Of a DNA stretch of 64,000 nucleotides, positions 5,341-20,300 are shown piece by piece. The DNA comes from Auanema rhodensis. Its lineage: Eukaryota; Animalia; Nematoda. Within the stretch, counting starts at the first letter, position 1. Each line of letters begins with the position of its first letter. Position numbers and translations under genes: made by a program. The DNA is taken from assembly GCA_964057225.1 (NCBI GenBank), contig OZ059897.1, positions 18,352,001-18,416,000 on the forward strand. The letters run 5' to 3'. Below the pieces are notes generated by a model. It made no database searches, was not told the DNA's origin, and saw only the letters and a program-made list of their open reading frames with translations.

Positions 5341-8300
5341 ATGGACAATGTTATTCAACGAAAAAATTAATTCTTCAGGGTGAAAATCGAGGATATAAGT
5401 GTGAACTTATATCAGTTGATATCTCGGTGCATTTTTAAGCTAGCGCAAATCTGATAACACAGATCGACGCAGCTTAAAAATCCGCATCGAATGCACTATA
5501 CTACATTGAGAAACGCTTAATACAAAAATTAGTTATGATCGTTTGAAAAATGATGCATTAGTGTATGTTGAGTTTCCATGTACACTCAATATTGCTTCCA
5601 AAAACATTTTGACAAAAATGTTTTCGAAAAATTTCAAAATAATTTAGCAAAAAGTAGATGTTTTTAGATTTCTTTTTTCAAGGCAAAGACGATGGACAAT
5701 GTTATTCAACGAAAAAATCATTTCTTCAGGGTGAAAATCGAGGATATAAGTGTGAACTTATATCAGTTGATATCTGGGTGCATTTTTAAGCTAGCGCAAA
5801 TCTGATAACACAGATCGACGCAGCTTAAAAATCCGCATCGAATGCACTATACTACATTGAGAAACGCTTAATACATAAATTAGTTATGATCGTTTGAAAA
5901 ATGATGCATTAGTGTATGTTGAGTTTCCATGTACACTCAACATTGCTTCCAAAAACATTTTGACAAAAATTTTTTCGAAAAATTTCGAAATAATTTAGCA
6001 AAAAGTAGATGTTTTTAGATTCCATTTTTCAAGGCAAAGACGATAGACAATGTTATTCAACGAAAAAATTAATTCTTCAGGGTGAAAATCGAGGATATAA
6101 GTGTGAACTTATATCAGTTGATATCTCGGTGCATTTTTAAGCTAGCGCAAATCTGATAACACAGATCGACGCAGCTTAAAAATCCGCATCGAATGCACTA
6201 TACTACATTGAGAAACGCTTAATACAAAAATTAGTTATAATCGTTTGAAAAATGATGCATTAGTGTATGTTGAGTTTCCATGTACACTCAACATTGCTTC
6301 CAAAAACATTTTGACAAAAATTTTTTCGAAAAATTTCAAAATAATTTAGCAAAAAGTAGATGTTTTTAGATTCCATTTTTCAAGGCAAAGACGATAGACA
6401 ATGTTATTCAACGAAAAAATTAATTCTTTAGGGTGAAAATCGAGGATATAAGTGTGAACTTATATCAGTTGATATCTCGGTGCATTTTTAAGCTAGCGCA
6501 AATCTGATAACACAGATCGACGCAGCTTAAAAATCCGCATCGAATGCTTTATACTACATTGAGAAACGCTTAATACAAAAATTAGTTATGATCGTTTGAA
6601 AAATGATGCATTAGTGTATGTTGAGTTTCCATGTACACTCAACATTGCTTCCAAAAACATTTTGACAAAAATTTTTTCGAAAAATTTCAAAATATTTTAG
6701 CAAAAAGTAGATGTTTTTAGATTCCATTTTTCAAGGCAAAGACGATGGACAATGTTATTCAACGAAAAAATTAATTCTTCAGGGTGAAAATCGAGGATAT
6801 AAGTGTGAACTTATATCAGTTGATATCTCGGTGCATTTTTAAGCTAGCGCAAATCTGATAACACAGATCGACGCAGCTTAAAAATCCGCATCGAATGCAC
6901 TATACTACATTGAGAAACGCTTAATACATAAATTAGTTATGATCGTTTGAAAAATGATGCATTAGTGTATGTTGAGTTTCCATGTACACTCAACATTGCT
7001 TCCAAAAACATTTTGACAAAAATTTTTTCGAAAAATTTCAAAATAATTTAGCAAAAAGTAGATGTTTTTAGATTCCATTTTTCAAGGCAAAGACGATGGA
7101 CAATGTTATTCAACGAAAAAAATAATTCTTCAGGGTGAAAATCGAGGATATAAGTGTGAACTTATATCAGTTGATATCTCGGTGCATTTTTAAGCTAGCG
7201 CAAATCTGATAACACAGATCGACGCAGCTTAAAAATCCGCATCGAATGCACTATACTACATTGAAACACGCTTAATACATAAATTAGTTATGATCGTTTG
7301 AAAAATGATGCATTAGTGTATGTTGAGTTTCCATGTACACTCAACATTGCTTCCAAAAACATTTTGACAAAAATTTTTTCGAAAAATTTCAAAATAATTT
7401 AGCAAAAAGTAGATGTTTTTAGATTCCATTTTTCAAGGCAAAGACGATGGACAATGTTATTCAACGAAAAAATTAATTCTTCAGGGTGAAAATCGAAGAT
7501 ATAAGTGTGAACTTATATCAGTTGATATCTCGGTGCATTTTTAAGCTAGCGCAAATCTGATAACACAGATCGACGCAGCTTAAAAATCCGCATCGAATGC
7601 ACTATACTACATTGAGAAACGCTCAATACAAAAATTAGTTATAATCGTTTGAAAAATGATGCATTAGTGTATGTTGAGTTTCCATGTACACTCAACATTG
7701 CTTCCAAAAACATTTTGACAAAAATTTTTTCGAAAAATTTCAAAATAATTTAGCAAAAAGTAGATGTTTTTAGATTCCATTTTTCAAGGCAAAGACGATG
7801 GACAATGTTATTCAACGAAAAAATTAATTCTTCAGGGTGAAAATCGAAGATATAAGTGTGAACTTATATCAGTTGATATCTCGGTGCATTTTTAAGCTAG
7901 CGCAAATCTGATAACACAGATCGACGCAGCTTAAAAATCCGCATCGAATGCACTATACTACATTGAGAAACGCTCAATACAAAAATTAGTTATAATCGTT
8001 TGAAAAATGATGCATTAGTGTATGTTGAGTTTCCATGTACACTCAACATTGCTTCCAAAAACATTTTGACAAAAATTTTTTCGAAAAATTTCAAAATAAT
8101 TTAGCAAAAAGTAGATGTTTTTAGATTCCATTTTTCAAGGCAAAGACGATGGACAATGTTATTCAACGAAAAAATTAATTCTTCAGGGTGAAAATCGAGG
8201 ATATAAGTGTGAACTTATATCAGTTGATATCTCGGTGCATTTTTAAGCTAGCGCAAATCTGATAACACAGATCGACGCAGCTTAAAAATCCGCATCGAAT

Positions 8301-11300
8301 GCACTATACTACATTGAGAAACGCTTAATACAAAAATTAGTTATAATCGTTTGAAAAATGATGCATTAGTGTATGTTGAGTTTCCATGTACACTCAACAT
8401 TGCTTCCAAAAACATTTTGACAAAAATTTTTTCGAAAAATTTCAAAATAATTTAGCAAAAAGTAGATGTTTTTAGATTCCATTTTTCAAGGCAAAGACGA
8501 TGGACAATGTTATTCAACGAAAAAATTAATTCTTCAGGGTGAAAATCGAAGATATAAGTGTGAACTTATATCAGTTGATATCTCGGTGCATTTTTAAGCT
8601 AGCGCAAATCTGATAACACAGATCGACGCAGCTTAAAAATCCGCATCGAATGCACTATACTACATTGAGAAACGCTCAATACAAAAATTAGTTATAATCG
8701 TTTGAAAAATGATGCATTAGTGTATGTTGAGTTTCCATGTACACTCAACATTGCTTCCAAAAACATTTTGACAAAAATTTTTTCGAAAAATTTCAAAATA
8801 ATTTAGCAAAAAGTAGATGTTTTTAGATTCCATTTTTCAAGGCAAAGACGATGGACAATGTTATTCAACGAAAAAATTAATTCTTCAGGGTGAAAATCGA
8901 AGATATAAGTGTGAACTTATATCAGTTGATATCTCGGTGCATTTTTAAGCTAGCGCAAATCTGATAACACAGATCGACGCAGCTTAAAAATCCGCATCGA
9001 ATGCACTATACTACATTGAGAAACGCTTAATACAAAAATTAGTTATAATCGTTTGAAAAATGATGCATTAGTGTATGTTGAGTTTCCATGTACACTCAAC
9101 ATTGCTTCCAAAAACATTTTGACAAAAATTTTTTCGAAAAATTTCAAAATAATTTAGCAAAAAGTAGATGTTTTTAGATTCCATTTTTCAAGGCAAAGAC
9201 GATGGACAATGTTATTCAACGAAAAAATTAATTCTTCAGGGTGAAAATCGAGGATATAAGTGTGAACTTATATCAGTTGATATCTCGGTGCATTTTTAAG
9301 CTAGCGCAAATCTGATAACACAGATCGACGCAGCTTAAAAATCCGCATCGAATGCACTATACTACATTGAGAAACGCTTAATACATAAATTAGTTATGAT
9401 CGTTTGAAAAATGATGCATTAGTGTATGTTGAGTTTCCATGTACACTCAACATTGCTTCCAAAAACATTTTGACAAAAATTTTTTCGAAAAATTTCAAAA
9501 TAATTTAGCAAAAAGTAGATGTTTTTAGATTCCATTTTTCAAGGCAAAGACGATGGACAATGTTATTCAACGAAAAAATTAATTCTTCAGGGTGAAAATC
9601 GAGGATATAAGTGTGAACTTATATCAGTTGATATCTCGGTGCATTTTTAAGCTAGCGCAAATCTGATAACACAGATCGACGCAGCTTAAAAATCCGCATC
9701 GAATGCACTATACTACATTGAGAAACGCTTAATACATAAATTAGTTATGATCGTTTGAAAAATGATGCATTAGTGTATGTTGAGTTTCCATGTACACTCA
9801 ACATTGCTTCCAAAAACATTTTGACAAAAATTTTTTCGAAAAATTTCAAAATAATTTAGCAAAAAGTAGATGTTTTTAGATTCCATTTTTCAAGGCAAAG
9901 ACGATGGACAATGTTATTCAACGAAAAAATTAATTCTTCAGGGTGAAAATCGAAGATATAAGTGTGAACTTATATCAGTTGATATCTCGGTGCATTTTTA
10001 AGCTAGCGCAAATCTGATAACACAGATCGACGCAGCTTAAAAATCCGCATCGAATGCACTATACTACATTGAGAAACGCTCAATACAAAAATTAGTTATA
10101 ATCGTTTGAAAAATGATGCATTAGTGTATGTTGAGTTTCCATGTACACTCAACATTGCTTCCAAAAACATTTTGACAAAAATTTTTTCGAAAAATTTCAA
10201 AATAATTTAGCAAGAAGTAGATGTTTTTAGATTCCATTTTTCAAGGCAAAGACGATGGACAATGTTATTCAACGAAAAAATTAATTCTTCAGGGTGAAAA
10301 TCGAAGATATAAGTGTGAACTTATATCAGTTGATATCTCGGTGCATTTTTAAGCTAGCGCAAATCTGATAACACAGATCGACGCAGCTTAAAAATCCGCA
10401 TCGAATGCACTATACTACATTGAGAAACGCTTAATACAAAAATTAGTTATAATCGTTTGAAAAATGATGCATTAGTGTATGTTGAGTTTCCATGTACACT
10501 CAACATTGCTTCCAAAAACATTTTGACAAAAATTTTTTCGAAAAATTTCAAAATAATTTAGCAAAAAGTAGATGTTTTTAGATTCCATTTTTCAAGGCAA
10601 AGACGATAGACAATGTTATTCAACGAAAAAATTAATTCTTCAGGGTGAAAATCGAGGATATAAGTGTGAACTTATATCAGTTGATATCTCGGTGCATTTT
10701 TAAGCTAGCGCAAATCTGATAACACAGATCGACGCAGCTTAAAAATCCGCATCGAATGCACTATACTACATTAAGAAACGCTTGATACAAAAATTAGTTA
10801 TGATCGTTTGAAAAATGATGCATTAGTGTATGTTGAGTTTCCATGTACAATCAACATTGCTTCCAAAAACATTTTGACAAAAATTTTTTCGAAAAATTTC
10901 AAAATAATTTAGCAAAAAGTAGATGTTTTTAGATTTCATTTTTCAAGGCAAAGACGATGGACAATGTTATTCAACGAAAAAATTAATTCTTCAGGGTGAA
11001 AATCGAGGATATAAGTGTGAACCTATATCAGTTGATATCTCGGTGCATTTTTAAGCTAGCGCAAATCTGATAACACAGATCGACGCAGCTTAAAAATCCG
11101 CATCGAATGCACTATACTACATTGAGAAACGCTCAATACAAAAATTAGTTATAATCGTTTGAAAAATGATGCATTAGTGTATGTTGAGTTTCCATGTACA
11201 CTCAACATTGCTTCCAAAAACATTTTGACAAAAATTTTTTCGAAAAATTTCAAAATAATTTAGCAAAAAGTAGATGTTTTTAGATTCCATTTTTCAAGGC

Positions 11301-14300
11301 AAAGACGATGGACAATGTTATTCAACGAAAAAATTAATTCTTCAGGGTGAAAATCGAAGATATAAGTGTGAACTTATATCAGTTGATATCTCGGTGCATT
11401 TTTAAGCTAGCGCAAATCTGATAACACAGATCGACGCAGCTTAAAAATCCGCATCGAATGCACTATACTACATTGAGAAACGCTTAATACAAAAATTAGT
11501 TATAATCGTTTGAAAAATGATGCATTAGTGTATGTTGAGTTTCCATGTACACTCAACATTGCTTCCAAAAACATTTTGACAAAAATTTTTTCGAAAAATT
11601 TCAAAATAATTTAGCAAAAAGTAGATGTTTTTAGATTCCATTTTTCAAGGCAAAGACGATGGACAATGTTATTCAACGAAAAAATTAATTCTTCAGGGTG
11701 AAAATCGAGGATATAAGTGTGAACTTATATCAGTTGATATCTCGGTGCATTTTTAAGCTAGCGCAAATCTGATAACACAGATCGACGCAGCTTAAAAATC
11801 CGCATCGAATGCACTATACTACATTGAGAAACGCTTAATACATAAATTAGTTATGATCGTTTGAAAAATGATGCATTAGTGTATGTTGAGTTACCATGTA
11901 CACTCAACATTGCTTCCAAAAACATTTTGACAAAAATTTTTTCGAAAAATTTCAAAATAATTTAGCAAAAAGTAGATGTTTTTAGATTCCATTTTTCAAG
12001 GCAAAGACGATGGACAATGTTATTCAACGAAAAAATTAATTCTTCAGGGTGAAAATCGAGGATATAAGTGTGAACTTATATCAGTTGATATCTCGGTGCA
12101 TTTTTAAGCTAGCGCAAATCTGATAACACAGATCGACGCAGCTTAAAAATCCGCATCGAATGCACTATACTACATTGAGAAACGCTTAATACATAAATTA
12201 GTTATGATCGTTTGAAAAATGATGCATTAGTGTATGTTGAGTTTCCATGTACACTCAACATTGCTTCCAAAAACATTTTGACAAAAATTTTTTCGAAAAA
12301 TTTCAAAATAATTTAGCAAAAAGTAGATGTTTTTAGATTCCATTTTTCAAGGCAAAGACGATGGACAATGTTATTCAACGAAAAAATTAATTCTTCAGGG
12401 TGAAAATCGAAGATATAAGTGTGAACTTATATCAGTTGATATCTCGGTGCATTTTTAAGCTAGCGCAAATCTGATAACACAGATCGACGCAGCTTAAAAA
12501 TCCGCATCGAATGCACTATACTACATTGAGAAACGCTCAATACAAAAATTAGTTATAATCGTTTGAAAAATGATGCATTAGTGTATGTTGAGTTTCCATG
12601 TACACTCAACATTGCTTCCAAAAACATTTTGACAAAAATTTTTTCGAAAAATTTCAAAATAATTTAGCAAAAAGTAGATGTTTTTAGATTCCATTTTTCA
12701 AGGCAAAGACGATGGACAATGTTATTCAACGAAAAAATTAATTCTTCAGGGTGAAAATCGAAGATATAAGTGTGAACTTATATCAGTTGATATCTCGGTG
12801 CATTTTTAAGCTAGCGCAAATCTGATAACACAGATCGACGCAGCTTAAAAATCCGCATCGAATGCACTATACTACATTGAGAAACGCTTAATACAAAAAT
12901 TAGTTATAATCGTTTGAAAAATGATGCATTAGTGTATGTTGAGTTTCCATGTACACTCAACATTGCTTCCAAAAACATTTTGACAAAAATTTTTTCGAAA
13001 AATTTCAAAATAATTTAGCAAAAAGTAGATGTTTTTAGATTCCATTTTTCAAGGCAAAGACGATAGACAATGTTATTCAACGAAAAAATTAATTCTTCAG
13101 GGTGAAAATCGAGGATATAAGTGTGAACTTATATCAGTTGATATCTCGGTGCATTTTTAAGCTAGCGCAAATCTGATAACACAGATCGACGCAGCTTAAA
13201 AATCCGCATCGAATGCACTATACTACATTAAGAAACGCTTGATACAAAAATTAGTTATGATCGTTTGAAAAATGATGCATTAGTGTATGTTGAGTTTCCA
13301 TGTACAATCAACATTGCTTCCAAAAACATTTTGACAAAAATTTTTTCGAAAAATTTCAAAATAATTTAGCAAAAAGTAGATGTTTTTAGATTTCATTTTT
13401 CAAGGCAAAGACGATGGACAATGTTATTCAACGAAAAAATTAATTCTTCAGGGTGAAAATCGAGGATATAAGTGTGAACCTATATCAGTTGATATCTCGG
13501 TGCATTTTTAAGCTAGCGCAAATCTGATAAGACAGATCGACGCAGCTTAAAAATCCGCATCGAATGCACTATACTACATTGAGAAACGCTTAATACAAAA
13601 ATTAGTTATGATCGTTTGAAAAATGATGCATTAGTGTATGTTGAGTTTCCATGTACACTCAACATTGCTTCCAAAAACATTTTGACAAAAATTTTTTCGA
13701 AAAATTTCAAAATAATTTAGCAAAAAGTAGATGTTTTTAGATTCCATTTTTCAAGGCAAAGACGATGGACAATGTTATTCAACGAAAAAATTAATTCTTC
13801 AGGGTGAAAATCGAGGATATAAGTGTGAACTTATATCAGTTGATATCTCGGTGCATTTTTAAGCTAGCGCAAATCTGATAACACAGATCGACGCAGCTTA
13901 AAAATCCGCATCGAATGCACTATACTACATTGAGAAACGCTTAATACATAAATTAGTTATGATCGTTTGAAAAATGATGCATTAGTGTATGTTGAGTTTC
14001 CATGTACACTCAACATTGCTTCCAAAAACATTTTGACAAAAATTTTTTCGAAAAATTTCAAAATAATTTAGCAAAAAGTAGATGTTTTTAGATTCCATTT
14101 TTCAAGGCAAAGACGATGGACAATGTTATTCAACGAAAAAATTAATTCTTCAGGGTGAAAATCGAGGATATAAGTGTGAACTTATATCAGTTGATATCTC
14201 GGTGCATTTTTAAGCTAGCGCAAATCTGATAACACAGATCGACGCAGCTTAAAAATCCGCATCGAATGCACTATACTACATTGAGAAACGCTTAATACAT

Positions 14301-17300
14301 AAATTAGTTATGATCGTTTGAAAAATGATGCATTAGTGTATGTTGAGTTTCCATGTACACTCAACATTGCTTCCAAAAACATTTTGACAAAAATTTTTTC
14401 GAAAAATTTCAAAATAATTTAGCAAAAAGTAGATGTTTTTAGATTCCATTTTTCAAGGCAAAGACGATGGACAATGTTATTCAACGAAAAAATTAATTCT
14501 TCAGGGTGAAAATCGAAGATATAAGTGTGAACTTATATCAGTTGATATCTCGGTGCATTTTTAAGCTAGCGCAAATCTGATAACACAGATCGACGCAGCT
14601 TAAAAATCCGCATCGAATGCACTATACTACATTGAGAAACGCTCAATACAAAAATTAGTTATAATCGTTTGAAAAATGATGCATTAGTGTATGTTGAGTT
14701 TCCATGTACACTCAACATTGCTTCCAAAAACATTTTGACAAAAATTTTTTCGAAAAATTTCAAAATAATTTAGCAAAAAGTAGATGTTTTTAGATTCCAT
14801 TTTTCAAGGCAAAGACGATGGACAATGTTATTCAACGAAAAAATTAATTCTTCAGGGTGAAAATCGAAGATATAAGTGTGAACTTATATCAGTTGATATC
14901 TCGGTGCATTTTTAAGCTAGCGCAAATCTGATAACACAGATCGACGCAGCTTAAAAATCCGCATCGAATGCACTATACTACATTGAGAAACGCTTAATAC
15001 AAAAATTAGTTATAATCGTTTGAAAAATGATGCATTAGTGTATGTTGAGTTTCCATGTACACTCAACATTGCTTCCAAAAACATTTTGACAAAAATTTTT
15101 TCGAAAAATTTCAAAATAATTTAGCAAAAAGTAGATGTTTTTAGATTCCATTTTTCAAGGCAAAGACGATAGACAATGTTATTCAACGAAAAAATTAATT
15201 CTTCAGGGTGAAAATCGAGGATATAAGTGTGAACTTATATCAGTTGATATCTCGGTGCATTTTTAAGCTAGCGCAAATCTGATAACACAGATCGACGCAG
15301 CTTAAAAATCCGCATCGAATGCACTATACTACATTAAGAAACGCTTGATACAAAAATTAGTTATGATCGTTTGAAAAATGATGCATTAGTGTATGTTGAG
15401 TTTCCATGTACAATCAACATTGCTTCCAAAAACATTTTGACAAAAATTTTTTCGAAAAATTTCAAAATAATTTAGCAAAAAGTAGATGTTTTTAGATTTC
15501 ATTTTTCAAGGCAAAGACGATGGACAATGTTATTCAACGAAAAAATTAATTCTTCAGGGTGAAAATCGAGGATATAAGTGTGAACCTATATCAGTTGATA
15601 TCTCGGTGCATTTTTAAGCTAGCGCAAATCTGATAAGACAGATCGACGCAGCTTAAAAATCCGCATCGAATGCACTATACTACATTGAGAAACGCTTAAT
15701 ACAAAAATTAGTTATGATCGTTTGAAAAATGATGCATTAGTGTATGTTGAGTTTCCATGTACACTCAACATTGCTTCCAAAAACATTTTGACAAAAATTT
15801 TTTCGAAAAATTTCAAAATAATTTAGCAAAAAGTAGATGTTTTTAGATTCCTTTTTTCAAGGCAAAGACGATGGACAATGTTATTCAACGAAAAAATTAT
15901 TTCTTCAGGGTGAAAATCGAGGATATAAGTGTGAACTTATATCAGTTGATATCTCGGTGCATTTTTAAGCTAGCGCAAATCTGATAACACAGATCGACGC
16001 AGCTTAAAAATCCGCATCGAATGCACTTTACTACATTGAGAAACGCTTGATACAAAAATTAGTTATGATCGTTTGAAAAATGATGCATTAGTGTATGTTG
16101 AGTTTCCATGTACACTCAACATTGCTTCCAAAAACATTTTGACAAAAATTTTTTCGAAAAATTTCAAAATAATTTAGCAAAAAGTAGATGTTTTTAGATT
16201 CCATTTTTCAAGGCAAAGACGATAGACAATGTTATTCAACGAAAAAATTAATTCTTCAGGGTGAAAATCGAGGATATAAGTGTGAACTTATATCAGTTGA
16301 TATCTCGGTGCATTTTTAAGCTAGCGCAAATCTGATAACACAGATCGACGCAGCTTAAAAATCCGCATCGAATGCACTATACTACATTGAGAAACGCTTA
16401 ATACAAAAATTAGTTATAATCGTTTGAAAAATGATGCATTAGTGTATGTTGAGTTTCCATGTACACTCAACATTGCTTCCAAAAACATTTTGACAAAAAT
16501 TTTTTCGAAAAATTTCAAAATAATTTAGCAAAAAGTAGATGTTTTTAGATTTCATTTTTCAAGGCAAAGACGATGGACAATGTTATTCAACGAAAAAATT
16601 AATTCTTCAGGGTGAAAATCGAGGATATAAGTGTGAACTTATATCAGTTGATATCTCGGTGCATTTTTAAGCTAGCGCAAATCTGATAACACAGATCGAC
16701 GCAGCTTAAAAATCCGCATCGAATGCACTATACTACATTGAGAAACGCTTAATACAAAAATTAGTTATGATCGTTTGAAAAATGATGCATTAGTGTATGT
16801 TGAGTTTCCATGTACACTCAACATTGCTTCCAAAAACATTTTGACAAAAATTTTTTCGAAAAATTTCAAAATAATTTAGCAAAAAGTAGATGTTTTTAGA
16901 TTTCTTTTTTCAAGGCAAAGACGATGGACAATGTTATTCAACGAAAAAATCATTTCTTCAGGGTGAAAATCGAGGATATAAGTGTGAACTTATATCAGTT
17001 GATATCTGGGTGCATTTTTAAGCTAGCGCAAATCTGATAACACAGATCGACGCAGCTTAAAAATCCGCATCGAATGCACTATACTACATTAAGAAACGCT
17101 TGATACAAAAATTAGTTATGATCGTTTGAAAAATGATGCATTAGTGTATGTTGAGTTTCCATGTACACTCAATATTGCTTCCAAAAACATTTTGACAAAA
17201 ATTTTTTCGAAAAATTTCAAAATAATTTAGCAAAAAGTAGATGTTTTTAGATTCCATTTTTCAAGGCAAAGACGATAGACAATGTTATTCAACGAAAAAA

Positions 17301-20300
17301 TTAATTCTTCAGGGTGAAAATCGAGGATATAAGTGTGAACTTATATCAGTTGATATCTCGGTGCATTTTTAAGCTAGCGCAAATCTGATAACACAGATCG
17401 ACGCAGCTTAAAAATCCGCATCGAATGCACTATACTACATTAAGAAACGCTTGATACAAAAATTAGTTATGATCGTTTGAAAAATGATGCATTAGTGTAT
17501 GTTGAGTTTCCATGTACAATCAACATTGCTTCCAAAAACATTTTGACAAAAATTTTTTCGAAAAATTTCAAAATAATTTAGCAAAAAGTAGATGTTTTTA
17601 GATTCCATTTTTCAAGGCAAAGACGATGGACAATGTTATTCAACGAAAAAATTAATTCTTCAGGGTGAAAATCGAGGATATAAGTGTGAACCTATATCAG
17701 TTGATATCTCGGTGCATTTTTAAGCTAGCGCAAATCTGATAAGACAGATCGACGCAGCTTAAAAATCCGCATCGAATGCACTATACTACATTGAGAAACG
17801 CTTAATACAAAAATTAGTTATGATCGTTTGAAAAATGATGCATTAGTGTATGTTGAGTTTCCATGTACACTCAACATTGCTTCCAAAAACATTTTGACAA
17901 AAATTTTTTCGAAAAATTTCAAAATAATTTAGCAAAAAGTAGATGTTTTTAGATTCCATTTTTCAAGGCAAAGACGATGGACAATGTTATTCAACGAAAA
18001 AATTATTTCTTCAGGGTGAAAATCGAGGATATAAGTGTGAACTTATATCAGTTGATATCTCGGTGCATTTTTAAGCTAGCGCAAATCTGATAACACAGAT
18101 CGACGCAGCTTAAAAATCCGCATCGAATGCACTTTACTACATTGAGAAACGCTTGATACAAAAATTAGTTATGATCGTTTGAAAAATGATGCATTAGTGT
18201 ATGTTGAGTTTCCATGTACACTCAACATTGCTTCCAAAAACATTTTGACAAAAATTTTTTCGAAAAATTTCAAAATAATTTAGCAAAAAGTAGATGTTTT
18301 TAGATTCCATTTTTCAAGGCAAAGACGATAGACAATGTTATTCAACGAAAAAATTAATTCTTCAGGGTGAAAATCGAGGATATAAGTGTGAACTTATATC
18401 AGTTGATATCTCGGTGCATTTTTAAGCTAGCGCAAATCTGATAACACAGATCGACGCAGCTTAAAAATCCGCATCGAATGCACTATACTACATTAAGAAA
18501 CGCTTGATACAAAAATTAGTTATGATCGTTTGAAAAATGATGCATTAGTGTATGTTGAGTTTCCATGTACAATCAACATTGCTTCCAAAAACATTTTGAC
18601 AAAAATTTTTTCGAAAAATTTCAAAATAATTTAGCAAAAAGTAGATGTTTTTAGATTCCATTTTTCAAGGCAAAGACGATGGACAATGTTATTCAACGAA
18701 AAAATTAATTCTTCAGGGTGAAAATCGAGGATATAAGTGTGAACCTATATCAGTTGATATCTCGGTGCATTTTTAAGCTAGCGCAAATCTGATAAGACAG
18801 ATCGACGCAGCTTAAAAATCCGCATCGAATGCACTATACTACATTGAGAAACGCTTAATACAAAAATTAGTTATGATCGTTTGAAAAATGATGCATTAGT
18901 GTATGTTGAGTTTCCATGTACACTCAACATTGCTTCCAAAAACATTTTGACAAAAATTTTTTCGAAAAATTTCAAAATAATTTAGCAAAAAGTAGATGTT
19001 TTTAGATTCCATTTTTCAAGGCAAAGACGATGGACAATGTTATTCAACGAAAAAATTATTTCTTCAGGGTGAAAATCGAGGATATAAGTGTGAACTTATA
19101 TCAGTTGATATCTCGGTGCATTTTTAAGCTAGCGCAAATCTGATAACACAGATCGACGCAGCTTAAAAATCCGCATCGAATGCACTTTACTACATTGAGA
19201 AACGCTTGATACAAAAATTAGTTATGATCGTTTGAAAAATGATGCATTAGTGTATGTTGAGTTTCCATGTACACTCAACATTGCTTCCAAAAACATTTTG
19301 ACAAAAATTTTTTCGAAAAATTTCAAAATAATTTAGCAAAAAGTAGATGTTTTTAGATTCCATTTTTCAAGGCAAAGACGATAGACAATGTTATTCAACG
19401 AAAAAATTAATTCTTCAGGGTGAAAATCGAGGATATAAGTGTGAACTTATATCAGTTGATATCTCGGTGCATTTTTAAGCTAGCGCAAATCTGATAACAC
19501 AGATCGACGCAGCTTAAAAATCCGCATCGAATGCACTATACTACATTAAGAAACGCTTGATACAAAAATTAGTTATGATCGTTTGAAAAATGATGCATTA
19601 GTGTATGTTGAGTTTCCATGTACAATCAACATTGCTTCCAAAAACATTTTGACAAAAATTTTTTCGAAAAATTTCAAAATAATTTAGCAAAAAGTAGATG
19701 TTTTTAGATTCCATTTTTCAAGGCAAAGACGATGGACAATGTTATTCAACGAAAAAATTAATTCTTCAGGGTGAAAATCGAGGATATAAGTGTGAACCTA
19801 TATCAGTTGATATCTCGGTGCATTTTTAAGCTAGCGCAAATCTGATAAGACAGATCGACGCAGCTTAAAAATCCGCATCGAATGCACTATACTACATTAA
19901 GAAACGCTTGATACAAAAATTAGTTATGATCGTTTGAAAAATGATGCATTAGTGTATGTTGAGTTTCCATGTACAATCAACATTGCTTCCAAAAACATTT
20001 TGACAAAAATTTTTTCGAAAAATTTCAAAATAATTTAGCAAAAAGTAGATGTTTTTAGATTCCATTTTTCAAGGCAAAGACGATGGACAATGTTATTCAA
20101 CGAAAAAATTAATTCTTCAGGGTGAAAATCGAGGATATAAGTGTGAACCTATATCAGTTGATATCTCGGTGCATTTTTAAGCTAGCGCAAATCTGATAAG
20201 ACAGATCGACGCAGCTTAAAAATCCGCATCGAATGCACTATACTACATTGAGGAACGCTTAATACAAAAATTAGTTATGATCGTTTGAAAAATGATGCAT

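Noticed and set aside
4968-5344. 7-bp TSD ACGATGG
   Set aside because: The ACG on the right belongs to the LTR, as shown by copy 1 ending AACG before the PBS; the TSD is 4 bp.
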